Source of the DNA: Eledone cirrhosa
Taxonomy: Eukaryota
Direction of reading: 5' to 3'
Assembly (NCBI GenBank): GCA_964016885.1
Contig: OZ024749.1
Span: forward strand, 19,902,001-19,966,000
Length of the DNA stretch: 64,000 nt
Shown here: in pieces, positions 10,960-22,800 of the stretch
How positions within the stretch are numbered: position 1 is the first letter of the stretch
How the letters are laid out: each line of letters starts with the position of its first letter
Translations under genes and position numbers: made by a program
The notes under the pieces: model-generated
The model's database searches: none
The model's input: the letters and a program-made list of their open reading frames with translations, nothing else
Told to the model about the DNA's origin: nothing

Positions 10960-13140
10960 TCCACCACACCACTTCTACTCCATCATACCATTACATACCA
11001 TCACCTCGCCTCACCACCATACCATCACCTCACCACCACATCACACCACCACAGCACTTCTACTCCATCATACCATCACACCACTACATACCATCACCAC
11101 CATACCATCACCTCACCATCACACCACCATACCATCACCTCACCATCACACCACCATACCATCACCTCACCATCACACCACCACAGCACTGTTACTCCAT
11201 CATACCATCACACCACCACATACCATCACCTCACCACCATACCATCACCTCACCACCACACCATCACACCACCACAGCACTTCTACTCCATCATACCATC
11301 ACACCACTACATACCATCACCTCACCACCATACCATCACCTCACCACCACACCACACCACCACAGCACTTCTACTCCATCATACCATCACACCACTTCAT
11401 ACCATCACCTCACCTCCATACCATCACCTCACCACCACACCACACCATTTCCACCACATCATACCATCACACCATCACCACACCACCACACCACACCATT
11501 TCCACCACATCATACCATCACCTCATCTCACCACCACCCCATTTCCACCACATCATACCATCACCTCACCACCACACCACACTGTTTCCACCACATCATA
11601 CCATCACCTCACCTCACCACCGCACCACACCATTCCACCACATCATATCATCACCTCACCTCACCACCACATCATACCATCACCTCACCTCACCACGGCA
11701 CCACACTGTTTCCACCACATCATACCATCACCTCACCTCACCACGGCACCACACCGTTTCCACCACATCATACCATCACCTCACCTCACCACGGCACCAC
11801 ACCGTTTCCACCACATCATACCATCACCTCACCTCACCACGGCACCACACCATTCCACCACATCATACCATCACCTCACCTCACCACCACACCACACCGT
11901 TTCCGCCACATCATACCATCACCTCACCACCACACCACACTGTTTCCACCACATCATACCATCACCTCACCTCACCACGGCACCACACCATTTCCACCAC
12001 ATCATACCATCACCTCACTTCACCACCACACCACACTGTTTCCACCACATCATACCATCACCTCACCTCACCACCGCACCACACCATTCCACCACATCAT
12101 ATCATCACCTCACCTCACCACCACATCATACCATCACCTCACTTCACCACCACACCACACTGTTTCCACCACATCATACCATCACCTCACCTCACCACCG
12201 CACCACACCATTCCACCACATCATATCATCACCTCACCTCACCACCACATCATACCATCACCTCACCTCACCACCACACCACACCGTTTCCACCACATCA
12301 TACCATCACCTCACCTCACCACGGCACCACACCATTCCACCACATCATATCATCACCTCACCTCACCACCACATCATACCATCACCTCACCTCACCACCA
12401 CACCACACCGTTTCCGCCACATCATACCATCACCTCACCACCACACCACACTGTTTCCACCACATCATACCATCACCTCACCTCACCACCGCACCACACC
12501 ATTCCACCACATCATATCATCACCTCACCTCACCACCACATCATACCATCACCTCACCTCACCACGGCACCACACCATTTCCACCACATCATACCATCAC
12601 CTCACCTCACCACCGCACCACACCATTTCCACCACATCATACCATCACCTCACCTCACCACCGCACCACACCATTTCCACCACATCATACCATCACCTCA
12701 CCTCACCACGGCACCACACCATTTCCACCACATCATACCATCACCTCACCTCACCACCGCACCACACCATTCCACCACATCATATCATCACCTCACCTCA
12801 CCACCACATCATACCATCACCTCACCTCACCACGGCACCACACCATTTCCACCACATCATACCATCACCTCACTTCACCACCACACCACACTGTTTCCAC
12901 CACATCATACCATCACCTCACCTCACCACGGCACCACACCATTTCCACCACATCATACCATCACCTCACCTCACCACCACACCACACTGTTTCCACCACA
13001 TCATACCATCACCTCACCTCACCACGGCACCATACCATTTCCGCCACATCATACCATCACACCATCACCTCACCATCACACCACCACCACACCACTACAC
13101 CACACCACCACACCACTACACCACCACACCACCACCTCCA
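10960..13140. repeat. (CACCA)n-derived complex satellite with a ~48-bp core unit
   Basis: Unit TCATACCATCACCTCACCTCACCACGGCACCACACCATTTCCACCACA; period 48 seen at 12541/12589. Confidence 0.9.
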
Positions 13141-13224
13141 GCCTTACATTCTCACAGAAGTTTTAATGTGTGAACATGTTAAAAAGCAAAACAATATAAA
13201 AAAAGGACATCACCATTATCTCCT

Positions 13225-14380
13225 TACACATACATACACATACATACATGTACACATACTTGTATACACATACATACATGTACATACACTTGTATACACA
13301 TACATACATGTACACACACTTGTATACACATACATATACATACATGTACACACACTTGCATACACATACATGCATGTACACACACTTGCATACACATACA
13401 TACATGTACACACACTTGCACACACATACACACACATACACACACACATACATACACACACATACACACATACACACATACACACACATACATACACACA
13501 TACATGATCACACATACACACACACACACTTTACATATATTTATTTTCTACTGAAAAGGTGTCAATGACTCTGAAATTTTAGCTATTGATTCTGTCCACA
13601 TGTATTGAGTGCTCCTTCGGTTAATGTTGCAGTATTTTATGTATACTAGTAATTTAAAACACCTACTTCAGTGTGTGTATATATGGGTACTCCCTTGTAA
13701 GTGTGTGTTTCTGTGTGTATTTGTCTGTGTGAGTGTGTGTGTGTGTATTTGTCTGTGTGTGTGTATGTGTGTTTCTGTGTGTATTTGTCTGTCTGTGTGT
13801 GTATATTTGTGTTTCTGTGTGTATTTGTCTGTGTGTGTGTGTTTCTGTGTGTATTTGTCTGTGTGTGTGTGTTTCTGTGTGTATTTGTCTGTCTGTGTGT
13901 GTGTGTGTGTTTCTGTGTGTATTTGTCTGTGTGTATGTGTGTTTCTGTGTGTATTTGTCTGTGTGTGTGTGTGTGTGTGTGTGTTTCTGTGTGTGTGTAT
14001 GTGTGTTTCTGTGTGTATTTGTCTGTGTGTATGTGTGTTTCTGTGTGTATATCCCTGTGTGTGTGTGTGAATGTGTATATCCCTGTGTGTGTGAATGTGT
14101 ATATCCATGTGTGTGTGTGAATGTGTATATCCCTGTGTGTGTGTGTGAATGTGTATATCCCTGTGTGTGTGAGTGAGTATATCCCTGTGTGTGTGTGAAT
14201 GTGTATATCCCTCTGTGTGTGTGAATGTGTATATCCGTGTGTGTGTGAATATGTATAGCCCTTTGTGTGTGTATCTCTGTGTGTGTCCCTGCGTGTCTGT
14301 GAGTGTATTTCCCTGTGTGTCTGTGAGTGTCTTTGTGTGAATGTATATGTGAGAGTGTATGTGTGTGTCCTGTCCCCACT
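13225..14380. repeat. (CA)n- and (TG)n-derived minisatellites
   Basis: ~30-bp CA-rich units at 13225-13530; TG-rich units at 13700-14370. Confidence 0.85.
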
Positions 14381-14499
14381 AAGATATCTATTTGATGTAT
14401 ATCAGATTATTCAATAACATTAACCCTTATAACACTGCCAAGACTTGATATATCAGTTGTTAGTCTGCTGTTGTTTCATAGTTAATGTATTTTTGTATT

Positions 14500-14750
14500 T
14501 GTTTCTGTAATTGAGAGATCACAGCTCTGATACTGTGGGCATGTGGTTAGAATGTCTCAGGAAAGAATCACTGGACAGATTGGTTGCTCAGAGGTTAGTG
14601 AGTCACTCCAGGTAGAGCCGCTACTTTTCTGAATTGAATTGAGAGATCACAGCTCTGATACTGTGGGCATGTGATTAGAATGTCTCAGGAAAGAATCACT
14701 GGACAGATTTGTAACTCAGAGATCAGAGACTCGTTGCAGGTAGAACTGCT
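14500..14750 (+). mobile_element. Tandemly duplicated (~128-bp unit) degenerate RTE ORF fragment
   Basis: Translates as NSEIRDSLQVE.LL..IERSQL*YCGHVVRMSQER, the RTE C-terminal 'QLRWxGHVxRM' motif; copies start near 14509 and 14637. Confidence 0.65.
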
Positions 14751-15597
14751 ATAGCATAAGATGTACAGAGGGTACTTGCAGAAACATGACAACAACATAC
14801 ATAGGTGAGACAGCTCGTAGCATAGGTGAAAGGATAGACCAACACTGGGGGGGAACTAAACGGACGAAAAAACGGGTCAGTACTATACGAACATGCTAGA
14901 CAATAACATGACGGTAACATAGACAACATAGAAATTAGAATAATATCTAAACATAGGAATGACCCAGCAGATAGGCAAATCAGAGAGGCCAGTGAAATAG
15001 AAATTAGAAGACCAAAGCTAAACAGAAAGAATGAGTGGAACAACAACAACACCCAAACAAACAACACTGACCTAAGAGAAGTATAAATAAGTAAATAAAA
15101 TAAAATAAAATAAAATAAGATAAATAAATACATACACAAGCACATAAACACACACTAGTCACCCAGCAAACACAACACTATACACACTAGTCACACAGCA
15201 AACATAACACTATACACACACGCAAACGCATGCGCAAAGAAGACAAAATAAAATAAACAAACAAGCAAATAAATAAATAAATATATAGACAGACTGAATA
15301 AAAAATGGCGTAGACATACAACACAACAGGAGGAAAAAATATAACACCACTGACGATGTTGCAGATGTGCAACGAAAGATTTATGTAAATTATGTAAACT
15401 ATATATATGTGTTTGTGTCTATATTGTATCTGTATTATTTTTGACCGTCGGTCAGTCAATGGCAACATTGAGGACCGAGTAAGTTAGATCGCAGATATAA
15501 AAGACAGCGAGAAGCGAAAACCAACCAAACAGTGAGTGTGTTCTGTTATTAATTCTGGCAATATTACACAAATATGACCCTCCCCAAGTATAACAAT
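14748..15597 (+). mobile_element. 3' fragment of PLE family 2 (GIY-YIG end + pLTR with a hammerhead core at 15350-15385)
   Basis: Near-identical to 3957-4820 with the same terminus, followed by a TA-rich tract. Confidence 0.92.
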
Positions 15598-15612
15598 ATG
15601 TATATATATATA

Positions 15613-16225
15613 TCATCATCATCATCACCGTTTTACGTCCGTTCTTCCAAGCTAGTATGGGTTAGACGGGTTGTCCTGCTGTTGTGGGCAGTGTCCGGTC
15701 AGCTGACTTTGTCTTGCTCATACTGGAACTGATTCTGGCTTGATTTCTACAGCTGGATGCCCTTCCTAACACCAACCTCATTTTCAGTCAGTGCTGGGTG
15801 CTTTTTTCCGTGGCGCCTACATGTCCACTTTACAGTGTGGGCTGGGTGCTTTTTTGCCGTGGCACCTCCATGACTACTTTGCAATGGGAGGGGGTGGGGG
15901 CATGTTGTCTATATGCTTCAGCTTCAGCTTGTACCTGTGGGGAGTCAGGTATTCTGTATTACTGTGTGACGCCAGAGGTCACGGTCCTGTGTCATCGCCT
16001 TTGAGAGGTGCAATTGGGTAAGGTCGGCTTTTATCACCTCATCCCAGGTCTTCTTGGGTCTCCCTACTCCGCAGCTTCCATCGACTTCTAGTGCTCTGCA
16101 TCTTTTTATGCAGCTGTCATCCTTCATACGTATCACATGCCCATACCTACGCAACCTCTTTCAGAGCATGCAACCTTTGTTTCTTTCTAATCTACGCACG
16201 TCTTCTACACACAGTGCCCAGGTCT
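15613..16225 (-). mobile_element. RTE family A (subfamily A2) 3' fragment
   Basis: YGHVIRM...GRPKKTW...DRDLWR; 3' UTR with GGATGCCCTTCCTAACACC; (GAT)n tail. Confidence 0.88.
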
Positions 16226-16619
16226 TACAGAAGAGAGTGTAACACAGTTTCTCTTCAATTTTTGTGCATATTCTCAATTACAATTTTATTTGACGTATCA
16301 TATCTAAATGCATGTAAATTTGCATATAATATCAATATGCACACTACACATACTAGCAGAAAAACCACCTGAAGGGTGGTTTTTCTGCTAGTACCTGTAA
16401 TAACAGGATCAGAAGACCAGCTATTGTAACTGTAAATACAAGAATGAGGTCTGGGATCTTGTCGATTAATCAATAAATCAATAAATCACTGTCATATTTC
16501 CATGATAGCAATATGGAGTTGATTTATCAGAGTTAATCCAATCAACACTCATTGATACATGAAATGTTTTCATTGATTCAGGGTGGCAATTGATTAATTA
16601 ATTAATTGGTGCATATACA

Positions 16620-16980
16620 CCACCGGTTGACCTAGCTGCGATGCAAAGACGTGAAGAGAGAACTGAAGGCCATTGACATCAACAGAAAGTCCTGGGATGG
16701 CCTCACGGCTGACTAGCTAAGATGGAGGAACACTCTAAATCAATGCCTCAAGTCAGGGGAGGAAAGTTTGATGACTGCAGCAGTAGACAGCAGAGCTCGG
16801 CGAAAGGTGTGCAATAAATCCAACCAGACCAGAGACCGTATACAGATGTGTTCAATGTGACAGAGACTGTCACTCATGTATAGGTCTGTTTTGCCAACAG
16901 AGATGCTGCTCCAGCTGAGCTGACAGTAGGATACTACCCATGGTCAGCCCTGACTGAAGGAGTCCTTAGATAGATTAGAT
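16620..16980 (+). mobile_element. RTE (BovB-like) 3' remnant with a C-terminal zinc finger
   Basis: KRELKAIDIN..SW..L..D..RWR...YRCVQCDRDCHSCIGLF; short UTR and TAGA-type tail. Confidence 0.7.
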
Positions 16981-17056
16981 ACTCTAATATAAGACAAGGA
17001 ATATGTGACCAAAAGAAATCGATGGTAAAATGTGAGGTTGGCTTATATATGCCATC

Positions 17057-17498
17057 TAACTCTTTACCATTTACATTACTCTATATTTACTATTGTATTT
17101 TCGCGGTAAAGGCTTTATCTCATATAATATCAAATCGATGAGATTTTGATATCATTTATTTTGAGAAAAATACTTAATGTTTAAAATACTTAGCGTTTAA
17201 ACCGGCTGTATCAGGCCTGAATTCTCTTACCTCTTTCTGTCCAAACTGGCTGTAACCAGCTGCTCATACTGATGATAAGATATTGTTATATAAATAACAT
17301 CAAAATCTTATAGATTCGATATTATGTGAGATAATTATGTGAGGTAAAGCGTTTACAATGAAAATATAATAGTATATATAGAGTAATGTAAATGCTAAAG
17401 GGTTAATGTTGAATGAACAGCCAGTTACAGCCAGTTTGAACTGAAAGAGGTGAGAGAATTCTGACTGGATTTGGCTCGTTTAAATGCTCAATGCTTAA
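17057..17498. mobile_element. TTAA-ended (piggyBac-type) MITE with a second copy of the same MITE nested in reverse orientation (17181-17406)
   Basis: Both ends match the complete ~230-bp copy at 48349-48578 (TTAACCCTTTAGCATTTA-like TIR). Confidence 0.65.
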
Positions 17499-17715
17499 AC
17501 AATGAGTTGATTAGGTGGCTCAGTTTAAAAATGACTCTGGATTTTGTCCATTTCTCAGACATAAAATTGGGGGCAGGGGGTCGGCTTATATTCAAGGACA
17601 TACAGTAATGAATTATTCCACTCTGAAATATCTGTTAATAGAAGATACAGTGCTAACAGTGGGAACCTCATACTGATGACAACAACAACAACAAACACCC
17701 AGGAAAAAACTCAAC

Positions 17716-17912
17716 ATATATATATGTGTCTATGTGTATATATATGTATTTGTATATATATATATATATATATGTGTATATGTATTTGTGTGTATATGTA
17801 TGTATATATATGTATATATGTATATATATGTATATATGTATGTGTGTATGCGTGTGTATATATATATATATATGTATATGTGTATGTATGTGTATGTATA
17901 TATATATATGTG

Positions 17913-17945
<33 letters not shown>

Positions 17946-18013
17946 GTGTATATGTGTGTATATATGTATGTATATTTGTATATATGTGTATATGTATGTA
18001 TATATGTATGTAT

Positions 18014-18049
<36 letters not shown>

Positions 18050-18136
18050 GTATATATATATATGTGTATATATATGTGTGTGTATATGTTTACATATATA
18101 TGTGTATATATATGTATATATATATATATATATATA
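17716..18136. repeat. (TA/TG)n microsatellite
   Basis: Direct reading. Confidence 0.9.
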
Positions 18137-18400
18137 AGCTGTATGGGAGCTGTATGGGAGCCTCCCAAAAGTCAGCTCAAAAGTGACACACAGGAGACTG
18201 AGATTAGCTGGACTTGCTCACCAACATCCAGAGTTGACATTGCACTCAGTGCTCCTGTGGGAGCCCCTACATGAACACACTGGAAGAGGAAGACCAAGGT
18301 TAATGTATGTTGATGCCCTAAGGACAGACACTGGTCTGTTGGAGATGCAGGACATGGCAGCGATAATGAGGGACAGAGACCGCTGGAGAGAACTCGTCCA
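18137..18400 (+). mobile_element. RTE family B 3' fragment
   Basis: RRLRLAG..H...GRPRL.YVD...DRDRWRELVH; matches 61665-61918. Confidence 0.88.
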
Positions 18401-18562
18401 TATATATATATGTGTGTGTATAAAATGTGTATATGCGTGTATATATTTATATGTGCGTGTGTGTGTGTATATATATATATATATATCAGATAGGGTATGG
18501 TAAAATACCAGCTGGACTATTACCCACCAGAGTACTCGATACATGGTGTAATAGAGTGGGTA

Positions 18563-18687
18563 ATATGAAGAGATTCAGGACCCCGATGGCTGACCTCCGG
18601 CCATTTCAACAGTTAGATCCGAACTGTTCGGATCTAACTGTTGAAATGGCCGGAGCTCAGCCATCGGGGTCCTGAATCTCTTCATAT
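18563..18687. repeat. Near-perfect 125-bp palindrome
   Basis: 62-bp arms around a single T (CCGAAC-T-GTTCGG), one mismatch. Confidence 0.92.
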
Positions 18688-18918
18688 ATATATGTTTGTG
18701 TGTGTAAAAATCACCCTTAATGCATTGAAACAGTAGTGATTTCCAGAGGTTGACTGAGGAGATGGGACTGTCCGTCTTTCGATTATTTTTTTCCTTGGCC
18801 ATTGTCCTGTGTCCCCTCCCCTCTATTTTGAATCCATATCAAAAGACTTAATCATGTGGGCCTTTTTTAAAACTATATATTTACATGTATATATGTGTGT
18901 GTATATGTGTGTGTATGT

Positions 18919-19467
18919 ATATTAGGTACTTCAGTAGATTCATGGTTTACTATATGTATATATATATATATTTCGTTTCTGAATTTGTTTAGCAAGATTC
19001 TTTATCTGAAAACGTGTGTTGAAACCGATATTGTTATACTTTGGGAGGGTCATGTTGCCAATAAGAAACACACACACCAGTTGCTTTCACTTCAATTTAT
19101 TATAATAAATTTATAAATTACCGGTTGGTTGGTTGGTTCCACAACTAGATGATTGTTTATATATTGTCAAAGTTCTTTCGTCACACATTTTGTGCCTCTC
19201 CTTTGTTCTGTCCTACGCCATCAAGATGGCGTAGGACAGAACAAAGGTGAGGCACAAAAACTAAGAAAAGAATCCCCAGTCACTGAAGAAGTCACATAAT
19301 GTGTGACGAAAGAACTTTGACAATATATAAACAATCATCTGGTTGTGGAACCAACCAACCAACCGGAAATTTATAAATTCCTAAATTTATGAATTTATTA
19401 TAATAAATTGAAGTGAAAGCAACCAGTGCGTGTGTTTCTTAATGGCAACATGACCCTCCCAAAGTAT

Positions 19468-19511
<44 letters not shown>

Positions 19512-19535
19512 AAAATGAATCTACTGAAGTAACTA

Positions 19536-19538
<3 letters not shown>
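18919..19538. mobile_element. Fold-back solo pseudo-LTR pair related to PLE family 3
   Basis: Arms 18970-19222 (-) and 19223-19473 (+) match 54017-54346; centre GCCATC-AA-GATGGC; outer 35-bp inverted pair at 18919-18953 and 19504-19538. Confidence 0.85.
19279..19321 (+). ncRNA. Minimal hammerhead-like motif
   Basis: GTCA-CTGAAGA-A-GTCACA(TAATG)TGTGAC-GAAA-GAAC-TT-TGAC. Confidence 0.65.
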
Positions 19539-19574
<36 letters not shown>

Positions 19575-19837
19575 CACACATTCACACACACATGTATGTA
19601 TATATATATACTCACAAAAGCAACGATCACATCACAAAATCTCATACACATGTTTTCCTAAGAGAGAAAAAAAAATGAATGTCTTTAGAGAGAGTTGAAG
19701 AAAGAAACCAAAATATTTCTGGCCAATTATCTGTTGATTGGTGTTTCTGCAAGAATTGATTGCACCTGCGTCTGGTGCAAGGAATTTCTCTGCACAACAT
19801 CCATTCCTGTAACTGTTACATGCCAGACCCCCCCCCC

Positions 19838-22800
19838 CTTTACAGAGTGTACTGGGAGCATAGTTTCTATGGTTGGATGCCCTTCCTAACACCGACCACT
19901 TTACAGAATGTACTGGGAGCATAGTTTCTATGGTTGGCTGGTCTTCCTAACACCGACCACTTTACAGAGTGTACTGGGAGCATAGTTTCTATGGTTGGCT
20001 GGTCTTCCTAACACCGACCACTTTACAGAGTGTACTGGGAGTATAGTTTCTCTGATTGGCTGGTCTTCCTAACACCAACCACTTTACAGAGTGTACTGGG
20101 AGCATAGTTTCTATTATTGGCTGGTCTTCCTAACACCAACCACTTTACAGAGTGTACTGGGAGCATAGTTTCTATTATTGGCTGGTCTTCCTAACACCGA
20201 CCACTTTACAGAGTGTACTGGGAGCATAGTTTCTATGTTGGCTGGTCTTCCTAACATCGACCACTTTACAGAGTGTACTGGGAGCATAGTTTCTATTATT
20301 GGCTGGTCTTCCTCACACCGAGCACTTTACAGAGTGTACTGGGAGCATAGTTTCTATGGTTGGCTGGTCTTCCTAACACCAACCACTTTACAGAGTGTAC
20401 TGGGAGCATAGTTTCTATGGTTGGATGCCCTTCCTAACACCAACCACTTTACAGAGTGTACTGGGAGCATAGTTTCAATGGTTGGCTGGTCTTCCTAACA
20501 CCAACCACTTTACAGAGTGTACTGGGAGCATAGTTTCTATGGTTGGCTGGTCTTCCTCACACCGACCACTTTACAGAGTGTACTGGGAGCATAGTTTCTA
20601 TGGTTGGCTGGTCTTCCTCACACCGACCACTTTACAGAGTGTACTGGGAGCATAGTTTCTATGGTTGGCTGGTCTTCCTAACACCAACCACTTTACAGAA
20701 TGTACTGGGAGCATAGTTTCTATGTTTGGCTGGTCTTCCTCACACCGACCACTTTACAGAGTGTACTGGGAGCATAGTTTCTATGATTGGCTGGTCTTCC
20801 TCACACCGACCACTTTACAGAGTGTACTGGGAGCATAGTTTCTATGGTTGGCTGGTCTTCCTCACACCGACCACTTTACAGAGTGTACTGGGAGCATAGT
20901 TTCTATGGTTGGCTGGTCTTCCTAACACCAACCACTTTACAGAGTGTACTGGGAGCATAGTTTCTATGGTTGGCTGGTCTTCCTCACACCGACCACTTTA
21001 CAGAGTGTACTGGGAGCATAGTTTCTATGGTTGGCTCGTCTTCCTAACACCAACCACTTTACAGAGTGTACTGGGAGCATAGTTTCTATGGTTGGCTGGT
21101 CTTCCTAACACCAACCACTTTACAGAGTGTACTGGGAGCATAGTTTCTATGGTTGGATGCCCTTCCTAACACCGACCACTTTACAGAGTGTACTGGGAGC
21201 ATAGTTTCTATGGTTGGCTGGTCTTCCTAACACCGACCACTTTACAGAGTGTACTGGGAGCATAGTTTCTATGATTGGCTGGTCTTCCTCACACCGACCA
21301 CTTTACAGAGTGTACTGGGAGCATAGTTTCTATGGTTGGCTGGTCTTCCTAACACCGACCACTTTACAGAGTGTACTGGGAGCATAGTTTCTATGGTTGG
21401 CTGGTCTTCCTAACACCAACCACTTTACAGAGTGTACTGGGAGCATAGTTTCTATGATTGGCTGGTCTTCCTCACACCGACCACTTTACAGAGTGTACTG
21501 GGAGCATAGTTTCTATGGTTGGCTGGTCTTCCTAACACCGACCACTTTACAGAGTGTACTGGGAGCATAGTTTCTATGATTGGCTGGTCTTCCTAACACC
21601 AACCACTTTGCAGAATGTATTGGGAGCATAGTTTCTATGGTTGGCTGGTCTTCCTAACACCAACCACGTTACAGAGTGTACTGGGAGCATAGTTTCTATG
21701 ATTGGCTGGTCTACCTAACACCATCCACTTTACAGAGTGTACTGGGAGCATAGTTTCTATGATTGGCTGGTCTTCCTAACACCGACCACTTTACAGAGTG
21801 TACTGGGAGCATAGTTTCTATGGTTGGATGCCCTTCCTAACACCGACCACTTTACAGAGTGTACTGGGAGCATAGTTTATATGATTGGCTGGTCTTTCTA
21901 ACACCAACCACTTTACAGAGTGGACTGGGAGCATAGTTTCTATGGTTGGCTGGTCTTCCTAACACCGACCACTTTACAGAGTGTACTGGGAGCATAGTTT
22001 CTATGATTGGCTGGTCTTCCTAACACCAGCCACTTTGCAGAGTGTACTGGGAAAATAGTTTCTCTGATTGGCTGGTCTTCCTAACACCGACCACTTTACA
22101 GAGTGTACTGGGAGCATAGTTTCTATGGTTGGCTCGTCTTCCTAACACCGACCACTTTACAGAGTGTACTGGGAGCATAGTTTCTATGGTTGGCTCGTCT
22201 TCCTAACACCAATCACTTTACAGAGTGTACTGGGAGCATAGTTTCTATGGTTGGCTCGTCTTCCTAACACCAACCACTTTACAGAATGTACTGGGAGCAT
22301 AGTTTCTATGATTGGCTCGTCTTCCTAACACCAGCCACTTTACAGAGTGTACTGGGAAAATAGTTTCTCTGATTGGCTGGTCTTCCTAACACCGACCACT
22401 TTACAGAGTGTACTGGGAGCATAGTTTCTATGGTTGGCTGGTCTTCCTAACACCGACCACTTTACAGAGTGTACTGGGAGCATAGTTTCTATGGTTGGCT
22501 CGTCTTCCTAACACCAATCACTTTACAGAGTGTACTGGGAGCATAGTTTCTATGATTGGCTGGTCTTCCTAACACTGACCACTTTACAGAGTGTACTGGG
22601 AGCATAGTTTCTATGGTTGGCTGGTCTTCCTAACACCGACCACTTTACAGAGTGTACTGGGAGCATAGTTTCTATGATTGGCTGGTCTTCCTAACACCAA
22701 TCACTTTACAGAGTGTACTGGGAGCATAGTTTCTATGATTGGCTCGTCTTCCTAACACCGACCACTTTACAGAGTGTACTGGGAGCATAGTTTCTATGAT

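Noticed and set aside
10905-13166. 753-aa His/Pro/Thr-rich ORF
   Set aside because: The C/A-rich satellite strand almost cannot form stop codons, and the peptide repeat drifts through all three frames
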